The notes under the pieces were generated by a model. It worked only from the letters and a program-made list of their open reading frames with translations, had not been told where the DNA came from and searched no databases. This document shows, in pieces, positions 25,421-39,896 of a stretch of DNA of 64,000 nt. Source of the stretch: the human T2T-CHM13v2.0 reference genome, Homo sapiens; NCBI RefSeq assembly GCF_009914755.1, contig NC_060927.1. The stretch is one strand, 5' to 3'. The stretch's first letter is position 1, and each line of letters starts with the position of its first letter. The position numbers and the translations under genes are program-made.

Positions 25421-27503
25421 GGCTAGTACATGAAAATAATTCATTGATAATTCTATCTAAAGAATTTTTTTTGTAATTTTCAGAATCCAAAGTCCACAGA
25501 TGCTTTTTTATTTTTAGGTCAATTTCTCATGACCATAAGTTTTTCCAGGAGTGCTTTGTGGTTTTGGAAGTTTAATGTTAGGGAACAAGCCAGAAGAAAT
25601 ACCCCAAAATGTTAATAGGCATTATCTCTATGCAGTGAAATAATGTGAACCCTTTTTCCTCTTCACTTTTGATGTGTTCTATGTTTGTTTAAGATAGTAA
25701 ATAATGTTTCTTCTAGAGTCTGAAAAAGCAACTACAAATAACGGAAGTTTAATGTTAGATTATTTTCAGAAGTAGAATATTTTATAGTTTAAGGATCTAA
25801 ACACAAGAGTCTTGCATGTGATCCGAGTAGTGTTTCCCAAAACAAATTTCTGTGATTTCATTAATATGATCAATGAAAAAGGATTCAATGGACTAATAAT
25901 TTTGTAAAGTACTGAAGATTTACAATGCTTATTTGCATAGTACAGGCTCTAAGAAATTCTGTAGGGGAAATAATATTTAACTTTAATTCAGGGTTTCCCA
26001 AAGTTTTAAAATATAGAACAACTAACTTATCGTAAAGTACACTTTGGTAAGTGTTAGTGCAATCAAACCAAGAGACGGAGAGGCTATGGTTTGTTGGCAA
26101 TTATGAATTCCTGGAGGATAATTTAAAGACATTAAACCTTATCAGAGGCATTTATACCTTTATAGAACACTGAATTTATGTATAAATGATATGTTACATA
26201 TAAATGTGGAAAAAATTAAAGAAATATCTGTAAACTTTTTATGAAGCCCTGTTTAATTTCTTTTCTTCCTGCATATATTCTAGAATGCAAATAGTAACTC
26301 TAATTTCCAATTATCACATCAATCATAATACATACTATTTATTGAATGCACACTATGTTTTGCCATAGTATTAGATGCTGTATGTATCTTCTAATCTGCA
26401 CAATTATTCAGTAAGGTCAGTCCTAATATTTCCATTTTTAGATGAAAATATTTAAGATGAATCCACTAACAAAATTCATCAATATCCAATGAATCTGTGT
26501 TTATTCCCCTTGGTAACTCTGAGGAGTCAGCACCAGGAGATCCTAGAATTAATTTGTCACTTTTCTCTGATTCCAAATAGTTTCTAAGATTTAAATCTTC
26601 TTCATTGTTTTGTATAGAATCTTTGATAGTTTTCATGTGTGCTTAAGAAAGAAACTGAAACTGTGTTAATATAATCATAAGAATAATTTGACACTGTTAG
26701 GTCGTGGAGAAAGGCTGTGGAAAGTGGAGCAATAATAAAACCCTTGTTATATCAGATCAGATCATATTTAATCATGACATAATCATTTTCAAAGTGATGT
26801 AAGTTAAACTAGGAATTATAATAGAAACATGCCAGATATGAGAGTAGAATAAATTTAAAGTCAGATTGATAGAGAGAGCCCAGGTCTTTTAACAATATTC
26901 TGTTAGACTCATAATTATCTGTTATTTATTATACTAAATAACCTGATAAGTGTGGTATAACCAATGAACTAGGTTTCACTCCAATTTGTTGTTTTTCTGT
27001 AAAAGCGTTATCACTAGAGTAGATTTATTTTTAAATCAAAAGTGCCACTGTACTTTTCTTTAGGGGAAAATAATCAGAGGAGATTTCGTGTAAAAGGAAA
27101 TCTTAAATCAGGTATGTACTTTGCAATTTAACTGAGACAGTTTTACACCATTACCTTTGTAGCTGTAGTGTTCTTTTATCTATGTAAATAAAAATTCAAT
27201 TAAAAAAATTCAGAGGCGCTTATCTGACAACAAACGTTTCAAATAATAAAGAACCCCATTGTTATTAGGATCTTTGTGTTTTAACCCGATTTTTAAAGAA
27301 AAACATAAATAAGTAGTTTGCAATTAGTAAACAGAAATGCAGTTAGGACTGGTAAAGTAAATAAAAAACTTAAGTGAATCTGAGCTTAACCCTAGAATGG
27401 TGGGATTTTATTCCAGTGTAATCTTAATTTCTTTGTTTCAGTCTCTAGTGGTAAGGTATTTTAATGTTTGGTTTTTAATTACTGTTTTGAATTGATTTAA
27501 CAG

Positions 27504-27567
27504 ATCCACTAAGACTCATCCAGGTCCAGTTGTACATTTAAGCGATAGCCCAAGAGATGAAGGCAAA
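27504..27567 (+). CDS. STXBP5L: STXBP5L coding exon, 64 nt, phase 2-0 (probably exon 7)
   Basis: ttaacag|A TCC ACT...GGC AAA|gtgagt; completes Leu codon CT|A and reads STKTHPGPVVHLSDSPRDEGK in frame with the previous exon. Confidence 0.96.
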
Positions 27568-28159
27568 GTGAGTATTATGATATCTTTATTATTAGTTTTA
27601 TTTTCCTCATTCTTGAAAAAAGGTGTTTCTTACTATTATTTTATATCTAGTATCTAGCCCAGTTGATAGCATTTTATATTATGTAAAATGAAAATGTGTT
27701 GAATCAACGAATGAGTAAATGAATGAATGAATGAATCATGCTACTGATGGTCCCAAATTAAGTCTTTAGCTTTACTGAGAGATAAAATCGGTATTTAATT
27801 CTGGCATTTTGAGAACGATAACATGTAGAACAACTTTAATTTTCAAATACTCTATGCTTGAATTTAATAATATGATTATAATTTGCCTTTGTTACTCAGT
27901 TTGGTAATGAAAAATGACCAATATTAAATAACATAAATTAGCCAATCTTGATTTCATTAACATGTACTAATATATAAAATGTTATCAGACTACAGAAATA
28001 ATTCTTATTCACTTTGATTATTTCATAATTTGCCTTTGATGGTGAGGAAACAGTTGAAAACATGAAAATTAGATATTTTTAATATTAATTAATTAATATT
28101 AATAAATTATTTAGTATATAGGTTTGGTTCTTTATTTTTAAAGGATAGAAACTGAATTA

Positions 28160-30960
28160 GCCTATCAAAAATCAAACCTGAAAGGCAAGTCCACCCACCC
28201 AAGGAATAAAATTGGATCCCTTCAAATTGATCCACAAGTACAATGTAATTCCAATCAGGTGCCGTCAGAGTTTATTTTTTAAGAATTCAAAAGGTGATTT
28301 TAAAATTTATTAAGAAAAGAAAATGTATACGAATAGCCATGACATTTTTGAAAAAGAAATACAGTGTTATATTGGTACAGGGGTACACAAGAGGACCAAT
28401 GTATCTAAATAGATAAATCCCCAAATAGTTCAGGTATTTGGGAAAATGTTATATATTTTAAAGAAGATGTCTGAGGACATAATTAGCTATTGAATAAATG
28501 GTACTGGATAATTGGTTCTTCACTTTGAAAAGAATAGTAAGACCTCTGCCTCATAGATACATAAAGAACCAATGTTTAATAAACATTAAAATTACAACTC
28601 AGAAAGTATTCAAAGATGCTTGTAGGATAGGGTTGTTAGTTACTGTGGAGTAGGGACACTCTTGGGCAAAATCTAAAAACTTTAGGGCATATGCTATAAC
28701 AAGAATCTCATAATAAGAGATAGGCAACAAAGTGGGAGGTAATATTTCCTACATGTCAAAAATAATGAACATGTAAAATATATAAAGAACTTGTACTAAA
28801 TCCTCATCTTGTAGTAAGAAATCAATATATAATATCTAATGACTAAATCAGAAAATAGCAATATAAACATATTTAGACATATGAAAATAAGCCTACCAAA
28901 AAAGATGATTTTAAGAGTTGATGTTGTTGCCTCTTACTTCTAGAGAGAAGGATTTGGCAGTGAGGAGGAAACAGTCTCACTAGTAATTAGGGAAATACAA
29001 TATACAATTTGTCAACATCATACCGACAAAATGTTAAACACTAAAAATATTAATTTTAAAATATCAGAGAATGGAAAAAGCACTGGGAAATAGCCATCTA
29101 AATATATGTATATATACCAGGATGAGCAATTAAGCATTATCAACATTTAAAACATATATTCGTTTTTGGAATTTGTTATGACCTAGAAAATTCATTTCCG
29201 ATATCTATACTGTTTATGTGACTAATGGTGCAAACTATTAAAATAGTCTAAATGTCTCTTAATAGAATATTGAATAAATGAATGCTGATGTATTCATACT
29301 GTGGAATGCTGTGTTGATATGGAAAGTTCTTTAAGACGCATTTTTTAAAAGAAAAGTTGCAGAACAGTAAGGTATAAAACCACTTGAACATTGCCTTTAT
29401 ATTTGTACTTATATATTCAAATGCCTAAGAAAAAAAAAAGCCTGAAAGAATATAGACAAATCTGGGAGAACACTAAAGATTGGAATTGGGGAAAATGGTC
29501 AAAGTTATTCTTATTTTATTTGTGTTGTTCAAATTTTTATGAAAGAATATAATGTGGCAATTGTTTAATTACAAATTAAAAGGACTGCAAAATAAATGAA
29601 TATTGGCATCAGAAAACTATAGGTTTGAGTTGTGGCTCTAGCATTTATTAGCATATAATCTTGAATAAATCACTTTACTTCTTGTATATCAGTTTTTCCA
29701 TCAATAGTCTTTTGTCACAGAAGTTTTTTTATTTTAATATATGCAGTTTTATCAGTCTTTTCATGTGATTCTTGCTTTTTGTTTCTTATTCAGTAAATAT
29801 TTCCCTACCAGAGAGAAAATACAATTCTATTTTTTTCTATTGGTTTTAAGACCTTGCATTTCACAATTAGATTTTAATCTTCATGTAATTTATGATGGTT
29901 TGATATAGTAGACTTTTATTTGCACATGTAAATAATTCATTTATTGTATAGTGAATCTATTTTTCACTGATTTATACACCTCACTCATATATCAAGTTCC
30001 AATATTTGGATTGGTCTCCTAGGCTTAACCTTTTGCTGAATTATTTATCTACTATTGTACTAATGACATACTTTATTAATTATAATAACTTACAAAATGT
30101 CTTGATATCTGGTAAGCTGGTCCCTTTTCTTTTTCTGAATTATCTTGGCTATTTCTGACTCATTATTCTAGTATATGAATTTTGGAATCAGCTTATCAAG
30201 CTCAATGTGATTCTCAATTGGGATTTTGTTTGAAATTCGAGTGTATAACTTATAGAAAATTTACATGTTAAGATATGGGTGTTCCATCTATAAATATGTT
30301 TACTTTGGCTTTCATTTGTTTTGCTATATAACTATAAATTTTTTTATAAAAGTCTTTTATATCTTGTGCTAGCTCAATTCGATAAGTACCTTATAGAATT
30401 TATTGCTCTTGTGACTTGTGACTTAATCTTCTTAAAGAAGTTTCATAACTGATTATCTTTAGATTATCAAATATTATTGATTTTTTAATATTTTGTATTC
30501 AGTTGCATCATTGAATGTTTTGTTTTTAATAGCTGTCCTTAGATTCTCTGGAATATTCTATTTATAAAAACTGAAAATATAGACAAATTTTCTTCCTTTC
30601 CAATATTTATGGTTATATATATCTTTTTTGTTTTATTGACTAGGACCCCAGTGCAGTGTTGAGTAAAAATGGTTTTAGTGGGAACTTTTTTTTGTTTCCA
30701 ACTTCAAAGGAAATGCCTCCACGATTTCAGCATTAAGTAAAATGGTTGTTGCAGGTCCTTGATTGCTTTTATGAAGTTAAAAACATTCCACCTATTTCCA
30801 ATATTCTAAGAGTTTAAAATTATGAATAGTGTCAAATTTTATTGAATGCTTTCTACATGTATCAAGATTATTATTTCTTAATTTGTTAATTTGTTGAATT
30901 ATGTTAATAGATTTTCTAACTTTAAACATATTTGTATTTCTGGGATAAATTCAACTTGGA
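28160..30960. mobile_element. Ancient L1M fragments (plus ~28160-29600; minus ~29700-30960)
   Basis: Degenerate ORF2/3'UTR motifs (ataaatggtactggataattgg; tcactagtaattagggaaatacaa; reverse cttcaaaggaaatgcc). Confidence 0.6.
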
Positions 30961-30985
30961 AGGGGAAAGCTTCCCTTGGAAGCTA

Positions 30986-31354
<369 letters not shown>

Positions 31355-31699
31355 TCATAGAATCAGAAAATAGGCCATCTTTCCCCCAATATATCATTTA
31401 TAAAGAAACTGTGCATTGGTCTATCGAATACAAAAGGGTACTCTTGAGCTGAGAGATGCCTGTATTGATTTGATACAGCATTGAGTGAATCTGCTTGAAT
31501 TCTCTTAGCTTCTCTTGTCTCCCAAACAAATGCTCTCCCAAACAACGGCTGTTTGCTTCACTTCATGTTTGGCAAAATTAATTGAGCTATTCCCAGGTCT
31601 CTGGCTCCTTTCATTAATTCTGGATTCAGAAGATGTGCTACAACATAAGGCATTCAATCTGGCTTCCATAACACACACCAAAGGGGTCAAATGACACAA

Positions 31700-32025
31700 T
31701 TCTGAAGAGAGGGGGTGTTAACCTCCCATGGAGAAAACCTTGACCAATGTTAGGCAAGAGACAAGTAATAAATTCTTCCTCTCTTCCTCCTTATTATTTG
31801 GCTAATTTGAGTCATAGTTTTCTCACATAAACTTTTGGAGATTTCTTGCAAGACCATGCTACACCTGACCAGTGATGTCTCTTCTGCTTCTCCCCATGAA
31901 ATAGTAGAGTGATAATGAATCATCTTTCTTTTATTATTACAACCCTGAGATTGCACTCCTCCCTTAAACACTAGGACTAAACCCTGCCTCAAGCTTTTTT
32001 TGTACACACTTCTGGTTAAGATAAC
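31700..32025 (+). mobile_element. LTR16-like ERVL LTR remnant
   Basis: gggtgttaacctcccatgg..gaccaat..taaattcttcc..ccctgcctcaagct resembles LTR16; lies upstream of ERVL internal sequence. Confidence 0.5.
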
Positions 32026-32047
32026 AGTTACTACAATTATTCTCGAT

Positions 32048-32248
32048 AAGGGACTGAAAAATACAGCCACAAACCAAATCTGGCATGCTGCCTGTTTTCT
32101 CAAAATGTTTTATTGAACACAGCCATGCTCATTCATTAACATATGTCTGTGGCTGCTTTCTTGCTGTAAGAGTAAAGCTGAGCAGTTGGGATGCAAAGCC
32201 TAAAATGTTCACTATCTGGCCTTTACATAAAAAGTTTGCCAACTCCTG
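32048..32248. mobile_element. MER58A (hAT-Charlie DNA transposon)
   Basis: aaatctggc..gttttattgaacacagccatgctcattc..gcctaaaatgttcactatctggcctttac..gtttgccaactcctg. Confidence 0.8.
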
Positions 32249-32527
32249 TCCTAGTCTGTAAACCCTCAGTATTGGATTTTTGAAGTTAGGTTGTCTCCTG
32301 TCTAAAATAAGCAAACCTGTTGAAGGTACCAGGTGAAATGAATTAAACTCTTCCATGCAGTGACATCACAGTTACTTTAAAAATGTTCTTCTGTGATTAG
32401 GGACTAATCTTTCTCTGCTAGAAAGATAAGATAAAGGGAGATAAAGTAGTCATGGTGTTTAATTGATATGGGGTAATGATAATTACATAATGATGATGAA
32501 ATAAAATAACTTCCTTTGAGGGCACTT

Positions 32528-32950
32528 GTGTTAGTTTCCCATTGTCAAAATAAATTATCATAAATTCAATAGCTTAAAACAAAACAATTTATTATCTTTC
32601 AGTTCTGTAGGCCAGAAGTTCAACACAGGTCTCACTGGGCAAAAATCAAGGTATCTGCAGGGTTGCATTCCTTTTTAGTAATTCTAGAAGATAATCTGAT
32701 TTCTTGGCTTTTTCAGAGGCTGCAAAATTCCTTGGCTTGCAGCCCCTTTGTCTATCTTCAAATCCAACAGCATAGTATCTCTCTGACTCTTCTTCCGCAA
32801 TTGTGCCTCTTTCTCACCACAACTGGGAAACGTTCTTCACTTTTATAAAATATTTTATGTTGTTGTTGTTGTTATGTAAAGAACATATTGACAGATTCCA
32901 AAGATTAGAGTGTGGGTGTCTTTGGGAGTCCTTTATTCTTCCTACATCAT
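32528..32950. mobile_element. MLT1 MaLR LTR
   Basis: tgttagtttcc..gcttaaaacaaaacaatttattatc..cagttctgtaggccagaagttc..aatcaaggtatctgcagggttgcattcc. Confidence 0.7.
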
Positions 32951-33149
32951 CTCAGAACAATTAATTACTGATTTACCAAATCCCAGAAGTCCTCTAAAGT
33001 AGATTTAAAGGAACTCCTACCTCATGTAGCTCTAGGGAAGACTGTGCTAAAAATAGGCCCAGGAGCTGCTTATAAGGAGACCAAATACATAACTTTGATA
33101 GGTCTCATTTGTTAAAGTCAGAGCCCTGATAAGGAAAGAGTATGACCTT

Positions 33150-33610
33150 TGTATATTAGTTTCCTATGGCTGCCATAACATATGACCACAAAGTGGATGA
33201 CTTAAAACAAAGAAGTTTATTTTTTCCTAGTTCTAACAACCAGAAGTCTAAAACTAAGGTGTCAGTTAGGCCGTGCTCCCTCTGAAGACTCTAGGGGAGA
33301 CTTCTTCCTTGCCTTTTCCAGCTTAGGTGGCTCCTGATGTTCCTTGACTTGTGGCAGTATAACACCAATCTCTGCCTTCATTTTCCATTTTCACATGATC
33401 TTCTCTATGTCTTCTCCTCTTTTTATAACAACAGGAGTCATTGGATTTAGGGTGGGCCTAGGATGGGATTTAGGGCCCACCCTAAATCCAGAATGATTTC
33501 TTCTTGAAATCCTTAACTAATTACATCTGCAAAGATTCTATTTCTGAATAAAGTCACATTCTGAGGTTCTGGGTGCACATGAATTTTTGAGAGCACTATT
33601 CAACCATTAA
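33150..33610. mobile_element. MLT1 (B/C-like) MaLR LTR
   Basis: tattagtttcctatggctgccataac..gggcccaccctaaatccag..aattacatctgcaaag..gtcacattctgagg. Confidence 0.8.
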
Positions 33611-33629
33611 CCTGGGATGGAAAAATTTA

Positions 33630-36590
33630 TATAGATAAGCCTGAGAATATTGTAAACCCCAGCAACCCCCAATTTCCTCAAACACTTCTGGTCAGCAGAA
33701 GTACCTCTTTCACCATTTCTGGAGGAGAACAGTTTCCCTTTTCTGGGTGACCGTGTAATGACTTCACCTAAAATAATTTCCTCGTATGATGATGTTTTTC
33801 CCCACAAGACCACCTCCAGTATCATTACATCCAGGCAAAGAACCAGAATCAGATCTCAGATCTCAGCACAGCCTAACACAGAAGCATAAATCTTCCTCAA
33901 GGAATAAATAAACTATATTTGAAAGAAATAGAATACCTACCAAAGGAATTGAGGATATGACTAATACTGCCATTCACCAATGAAATGTGTTTAGAGTGGT
34001 TTTTAAGGACTTGAACTTGGGGGCTGCCTAGAGGAGGGTTTATTTTTATGGGGGCAGTTACTTATGATTTTGGATTCGGTGCTTTGGCAGGGACACTTGG
34101 ATATGGTCCTAGTAGTAATTTGCTGGCATGGCTCCTTGAAGCCTAGACTAAAAAAAAGCCATATAGTAAATAAAGTAGAGATGTCAGAGTCTTTGGGTAT
34201 GGTATTAAAGAAGGGATCAGGGGATGATAATGTTAAAATGAATGTATTATGTTTGTTCTGGCAACTCACCTTTTGACTGTGTTCCCTAGGAGGCTTCTGA
34301 GGAGACTGTCTTCACTTAACCTAATAAGAAATGCCCTAGAAAGGAAAATATTAGCATATTTGAGAAGCTTGGTAGTGGTTGTCCCTTTTAAGGCCCTTGT
34401 TGACAGTAGGAGTTGATGCAAGAGAGCCAGGTTCCATAATATTCATGGATTGTAGAGGCCAGGTCACAAAATTTAACCATCTGGCAATATGGGCTTAATT
34501 ACCATAATAAGCAGCAAGGCTGGAGTGGCAATGCAGGAATCTATGGTAATGGCTAATATACCATGATGTTTATAGGAGCAAAATAAGGTGGGAAGCTGAC
34601 TGGGATGTTGTTTGCCTTGTATGATCAGAAAAAAATTAAGAGTAGTTTAATTTTTGACAGTCACCATCAAAATGGAAAATCACAATATCTCATCAGGTTT
34701 TCAAATATAAGTTAGTTTGCAGATTCAGAATCTATTGATTAAAAAAGGAGCTAGTTGTCACTGAAAAAGAATCCTGAAATGCTCTAATAAGTACATATAG
34801 TAATTATAGAAACATCTGTGATTGTTTGCAGGAGTAACTGTTTAGTTTTCAGGACTGTTAGATATAGGGTCAGAGCAGACATTAATACTGGGAAATTTTT
34901 AAAAAAGCAATTATGGTCCTCCAGTTAGAGGCGAGACATATGGAATAAATACCCAGTTGATAGACGGAGTTTTGGCCCAAGTCTAATCTCACAGTAGATC
35001 TAGTGGGTATGCAGACATACCCAGTTATTTTCTCCAAATGTATAATTTGACAGATATGCTTAGTAGCTGGAATAATACTCATATTGGTTTGCTTACCCTG
35101 TAATTAGAGGCACATAGTGGGAAAGGAAAATGGAATCTCCTGAAACTGTCTTCCTCTGCCAATATTGTAATCAGAAGCAATACAGCATCTCTGAAGGAAC
35201 TGCAGAGATTATTAGCACAATTAGACTTGAATGACATAATGGTAGTGGTCACCAATACATATTGTTGAGTTCCATTGTGTAGGTTTTGCAAAAAAAAAAA
35301 AAATAGATTGAGGTTGGTAATAGTACATCGCTATAAAAATAACCAGGTGACAGTCCCAATCACAGCTGCCTAGCTTTTATGTGTATAGATCAACACAACC
35401 TATGGTACCTAAGATACAGTTACATATTTAGTGAAATCTTTTTTTCACATGGATGTGGGATGGACCCCATATTCATCAACAGAGGGGAATGAAAGAAAGG
35501 ACTGCAGTGTAAATTCAAAATCTTTCTCCAGGACTATGTTATTTTTCATGCTCTCAGTCATAATATAATTCTCAGTAATCTTGATTGTCTGGACATTCTT
35601 TGGAAAGTATACCAATTCACTTTTTTGCCTATGTAATGCTAACTGGATCTAGTGAGCAGACCTGGCGAGTACCTTTATAACTCATAAGATTCATGTTTCA
35701 GAGGATGGGAAGAAAATACCACAAAGATCCAGGGGCCTGTACCAGATATGAAGATTTTGAGGGTCTTAGGGTCTGGGGCATACAGAGCATCTCCTCTAAA
35801 TTAAAGCATAAGCAATTTTACTTCCCCTAAGAAAGTGTCACATCACTTGATGGGGCTTTTGGATTTGAATCATAGTTTATAATGTCCTTGAAATTACTGA
35901 ACCAACTAATTTTTATATCACCCAAAAGTCTGCCAGTTTTGAGTGAAAGCCTAGAGAAAAAGCTGGTAGTGTTTGTCTCCTAAGTCAAAGATGCTTTGCA
36001 AGCTACTGTACTACTTGGGATGTATGATTTTATAGATCTGATAAAACTTAATGCACCTGGTAGATAAAATGTTCTATTGGAAAGCCCTCTAGAGGAGTCA
36101 TAGCAGTTACTATCCATTTTCAAAGCAACTCCTGACATGCTCCTGGGCCCTTGTAGAGACTGAACCATGGAATGCCAAATGACTATGTTACCTGTGCTGT
36201 CCATCATGAGTTACATATTATATTCACTGAGTCATAAAATTGGGTGGGAGACATGGTATATTTAGGATGTTAGCCTTGACTTTTCAAAAGCTATTAGTGA
36301 ATTAGATGTACACCGAGCCCAGAATTCCATCTGTTGCAAAAATGCCTCCCTCTTGACCTACATATATAATCTTATGGGATTGGAAGGAAATACCTAAAAC
36401 CAATTGACAGAGGAGGAAAGAAGTTATGCCTGCTTCATAGACAAGTCAGAGGATTGGTTGCCATTAGCTGGTTACAGACTGTTGCTCAATTACATCTCTA
36501 CTAAGGGCTAACCCTGAATGACCCTGGTAAAGAAAATCATCACAATTGGTAGAGCCAATAGCAGTATACTGTATTATGCATTTCATATGA
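33630..36590 (+). mobile_element. Degenerate ERVL (HERV16/ERVL-E-like) internal gag-pro-pol
   Basis: Fragments LLAWLLEA*T..VNKVEMSE (gag), LLDIGSEQTLILG (protease-like), QKQYSISEGTAEI and NQVTVPITAA (RT N-terminus); many stops and frameshifts. Confidence 0.7.
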
Positions 36591-36599
36591 ATAATGACA

Positions 36600-37616
36600 C
36601 GATAATTTAAAATTCAGAAAAATTTTCTTCCACTTGAAAATGTTAAAACTCTTCATTAAACAACTATTAGATCAAGTAGAAAATACAAATCAAAATAGGT
36701 GAACATATAAACATCAAAATAGTGATATATATATCAGAATTTATGGAATATAATGAAAATAATTATCAAAAACAATTTGTAGTCTTTAAATCATATATCA
36801 ATAGAATTATAAATTAAAATACATAAATCTAATATGAAACACAGAAAGCTAGAAAAACGATTAAGAAAATAAAGCAAAAGGAAACAGACATAAAGAGATA
36901 AGAGCAGAACTTCAGTTAGTTCTGATTGTAAGCTATGTTATAAATTAATCAACATGCTAGTTCTTTGAATAGAACATAAACAAAATATGCAAACCAACAT
37001 CCAACCTAATCAAGAAAAACAGGGAGAAAACAAACTTACACAGAATAATACACGAAACAAGAGGAAATCATACTAAAACTAAGGACATTTTTAAACTTTT
37101 GAGTTAAATCATTTTACACAGCTCTAAGCAGGTAGATATAAAAGCCTACATAAAATGGGTAATCCCATAGGGAAATTATTAACAGTGATACCAATGGAGA
37201 CAGAAAGTTTAAGAAAATGAGAAAGTTATTAAATTACTACTCCCACCCAAAAGTACAAGTCACAGATGACTTTATAATGGAATTTTATGAATTTTTCAAA
37301 TATTAGATAATACCAATGCTACATAGACTGTTCTTAAAAAAAGATTGCCAAGCTATGGCCAGTGGGACAAATATGGCCTGCCTGTTATTATTTTAAATAA
37401 AGTTTTATTGGAGATTGTGTAGTCTGGAAAGCCTAAAATATTTACTGTTTGGCCTATTACAGAAAAACTTTACCAACCCCTGTTCTGAGTATAGTTTCAA
37501 AAAAGAAAAAAATTCAAATTGTTTTTATGAAGCAATTATAAGAGTGATAACTAAACCTAATAAAAGTTGCATAAAAAGAAAACTGGTTTTATTGGATGTA
37601 TTAATACCAATGGAAA
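36600..37616 (+). mobile_element. Ancient L1M ORF2, left half of a host element that resumes at ~51051; contains a MER58 piece at ~37340-37482
   Basis: Degenerate ORF2 motifs; sequence continues as aatggaaaaatcttaaataaaatattag after 51050. Confidence 0.6.
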
Positions 37617-38950
37617 AGGAGTGATATCAGCAAAGTGGCAGAATAGGAAGCCTGGGCTTTCATTCTTACAAACACACAGATTCAGCTACAATTCACATAT
37701 AAATTCCCTTTGTGAGAAATGACAATGTAATTGAAAAGTTTCTGAACCCCAGGAGAACATGAAACCAGATTCATTAACACCAGTAAGGAAATTCAGGATG
37801 CCCTCTTACCAGAAACCTTGCTCCTGGTGCAGTGCCATATGGTCAAGGAGAGATTTCCTAGGTTGCAGCTTCACCTAAGGGAGGTAAGAACTTTGTTCAT
37901 GTGTTTAGCACCTCAATTTTTCCAAAGGGGCTCCCCAGAGAATTGGCTTCTGTCTTGCCAGTCTTGGAGCACTGACAGCTCTGAAACAGCCTAGCTGCCT
38001 AGACAAGAATGGAGGCAGCAAATTGCGCTGATAAACACTTCTGACCCTCCCTGCCCTGCTGCTTAGCACAGAGGACAGATGAAAAATCCCAGCTCTCAGC
38101 TTACCCCTTAGGTTGAAAAGAGTGGATCTGTGCATCCAGTGCCCCAGCTTCTTTGGGGGTGCCAAAAGAACTAGCACACATCTCACCAGTCCTGAAGCTC
38201 TGATGGGTCTGGAACATCTAGCTACCTGGGGAGAACCAAGGTGGTGGCTTGAGCTGGTAGATGCCATAGCTACCCCACTGGGGTCAGCACAGAGTGAGAA
38301 GATAAAGACCACAGATGCCTGTATCTCCATGGGAAAGGAAAGAGTAGATAGAAGTCCTCAGAATCTCTGTCTAGGCCAATTGGTGGGGGACTTCTCTATG
38401 AGAACATTTCAGGAAGACTGAGAGAGATGCCTGCTTTGCCTAAAGTGCAGAAAGCAACATAGAGAGTCAAGGAAAATGAAGAATCAGACAAAAATATTTA
38501 AACAAAGAATAAGATAATGGAAACCAACCCTAATGAAATAGATTTATATGACTTACTTGATAGAGAATTAAAATAACTCTTAAAAAGAGACTCACTGAGG
38601 TCAATAATGCAATTCATGAACAAAACTAGAATTTTCAGGAAAGAGAAAATATTTAAAAGTACTAAACAGAAGGCATGGAGCTGAAGAACACAATAATAGA
38701 ACTGAAAAAAAAATCACTAGAGGGGTCAATAGCAGGCTACATAAAGTAGAAGAAAGGATCAGTGAACCCAAAGACAGGTAACTAGAAATAATTCAGACAG
38801 AAAAGCAAAAGGAAAACAGAATGAAGAACAGGGAAGAAGGCTTACGGGACTTATGGGGTACAATTAAAGTGGGCCACTGTGTATTATAGAAGATCCATAA
38901 TGAGAAGAAGCATATCAAGGACCAGAAGGCTTATTTAAACAAATGATGAG

Positions 38951-39082
38951 AGCTAGGTATGGTGGCTTATGCCTGTATTCCCTGCAGTTTGAGAGGCTGA
39001 TGTCAGAGGATTGCTTGAGCCCAAGAGTTTGAGACCAGCCTGGACAACATGACAAGACCCTGATTTTATGAAAAAGAAAAAA
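38951..39082 (+). mobile_element. Alu left monomer (FLAM/AluJ fragment)
   Basis: ggattgcttgagcccaagagtttgagaccagcctgg followed by an A-rich tail. Confidence 0.85.
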
Positions 39083-39535
39083 GATGTAATGATTGAAAGC
39101 CTCTCAAATCTGGGGAATGTAGATATCCAAACCCAGGAAGCCCAAAGAACACCAAATAAAATGAACCCAAAGAAATCTATGTTCAGATATGTTATTATCA
39201 GACTGTCAGAAGTCAAGGACAAAGAAAGGATTTTTAAAGCAGCAAGAAAAAGTGGATTGTCACATACAAGGGAATCTTTATAAGATAATCCACAGTTTTT
39301 AGCAGAAAAATTGCAGGACAGAAAGGAGTGGTGCAATATATTCACATCCTAAAAGAAAAAAAATACTGTCCATCAAGAATAGTATATTCAACGAAACTGT
39401 CCTTCAAAAATGTAAGAGAGATAAAACCTTTCCCAGACAAACAAAAGCTCAGGAAGTTTACCACCACTAGATTTGACTCGCAAGAAATGCTAAAGAGTTC
39501 TTTAAGTTGAAGCAAAAGGGAAGCAAGATAGCTGT

Positions 39536-39893
39536 TGTATTAGTCCATTCTCACACTTCTAGAAAGATACTATCTGAGACTGGGTAATTTATAAGCAAAA
39601 GAGATTTAATTGACTCACAGTTCTGCATGGCTGGGGAGGCCTTAAGAAACTTACAATCATGGCGCAAGGCAAAGAGGAAGCAAGGCATGTCTTACATGGT
39701 GACAGGTGAGAGAGCAAGCAAAGGGGAAATGCCCCACTTTAAAACCATCAGATCTCATGAGAACTCCCTCATTATCAAGAGAACAGCAAGGGATTACATG
39801 ATCCAGTCACCTGCCACCAGTTCCCAACCTTGACACATGGTGATTACAATTTGAGATGAGATTTGGGTGGGGACACAGAGCCAAACCATATCA
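39536..39893. mobile_element. THE1 solo LTR inserted at the end of an MST LTR
   Basis: tgtattagtccattctcac...aaaccatatca; degenerate 5-bp TSD gctgt/gctct. Confidence 0.88.
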
Positions 39894-39896
39894 GCT

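Noticed and set aside
27705-27736. (AATG)n repeat
   Set aside because: Ordinary L2 tail microsatellite.
28079-28102. 24-bp perfect palindrome ttaatattaattaattaatattaa
   Set aside because: A/T-only low complexity in a very AT-rich intron; expected from slippage or chance.
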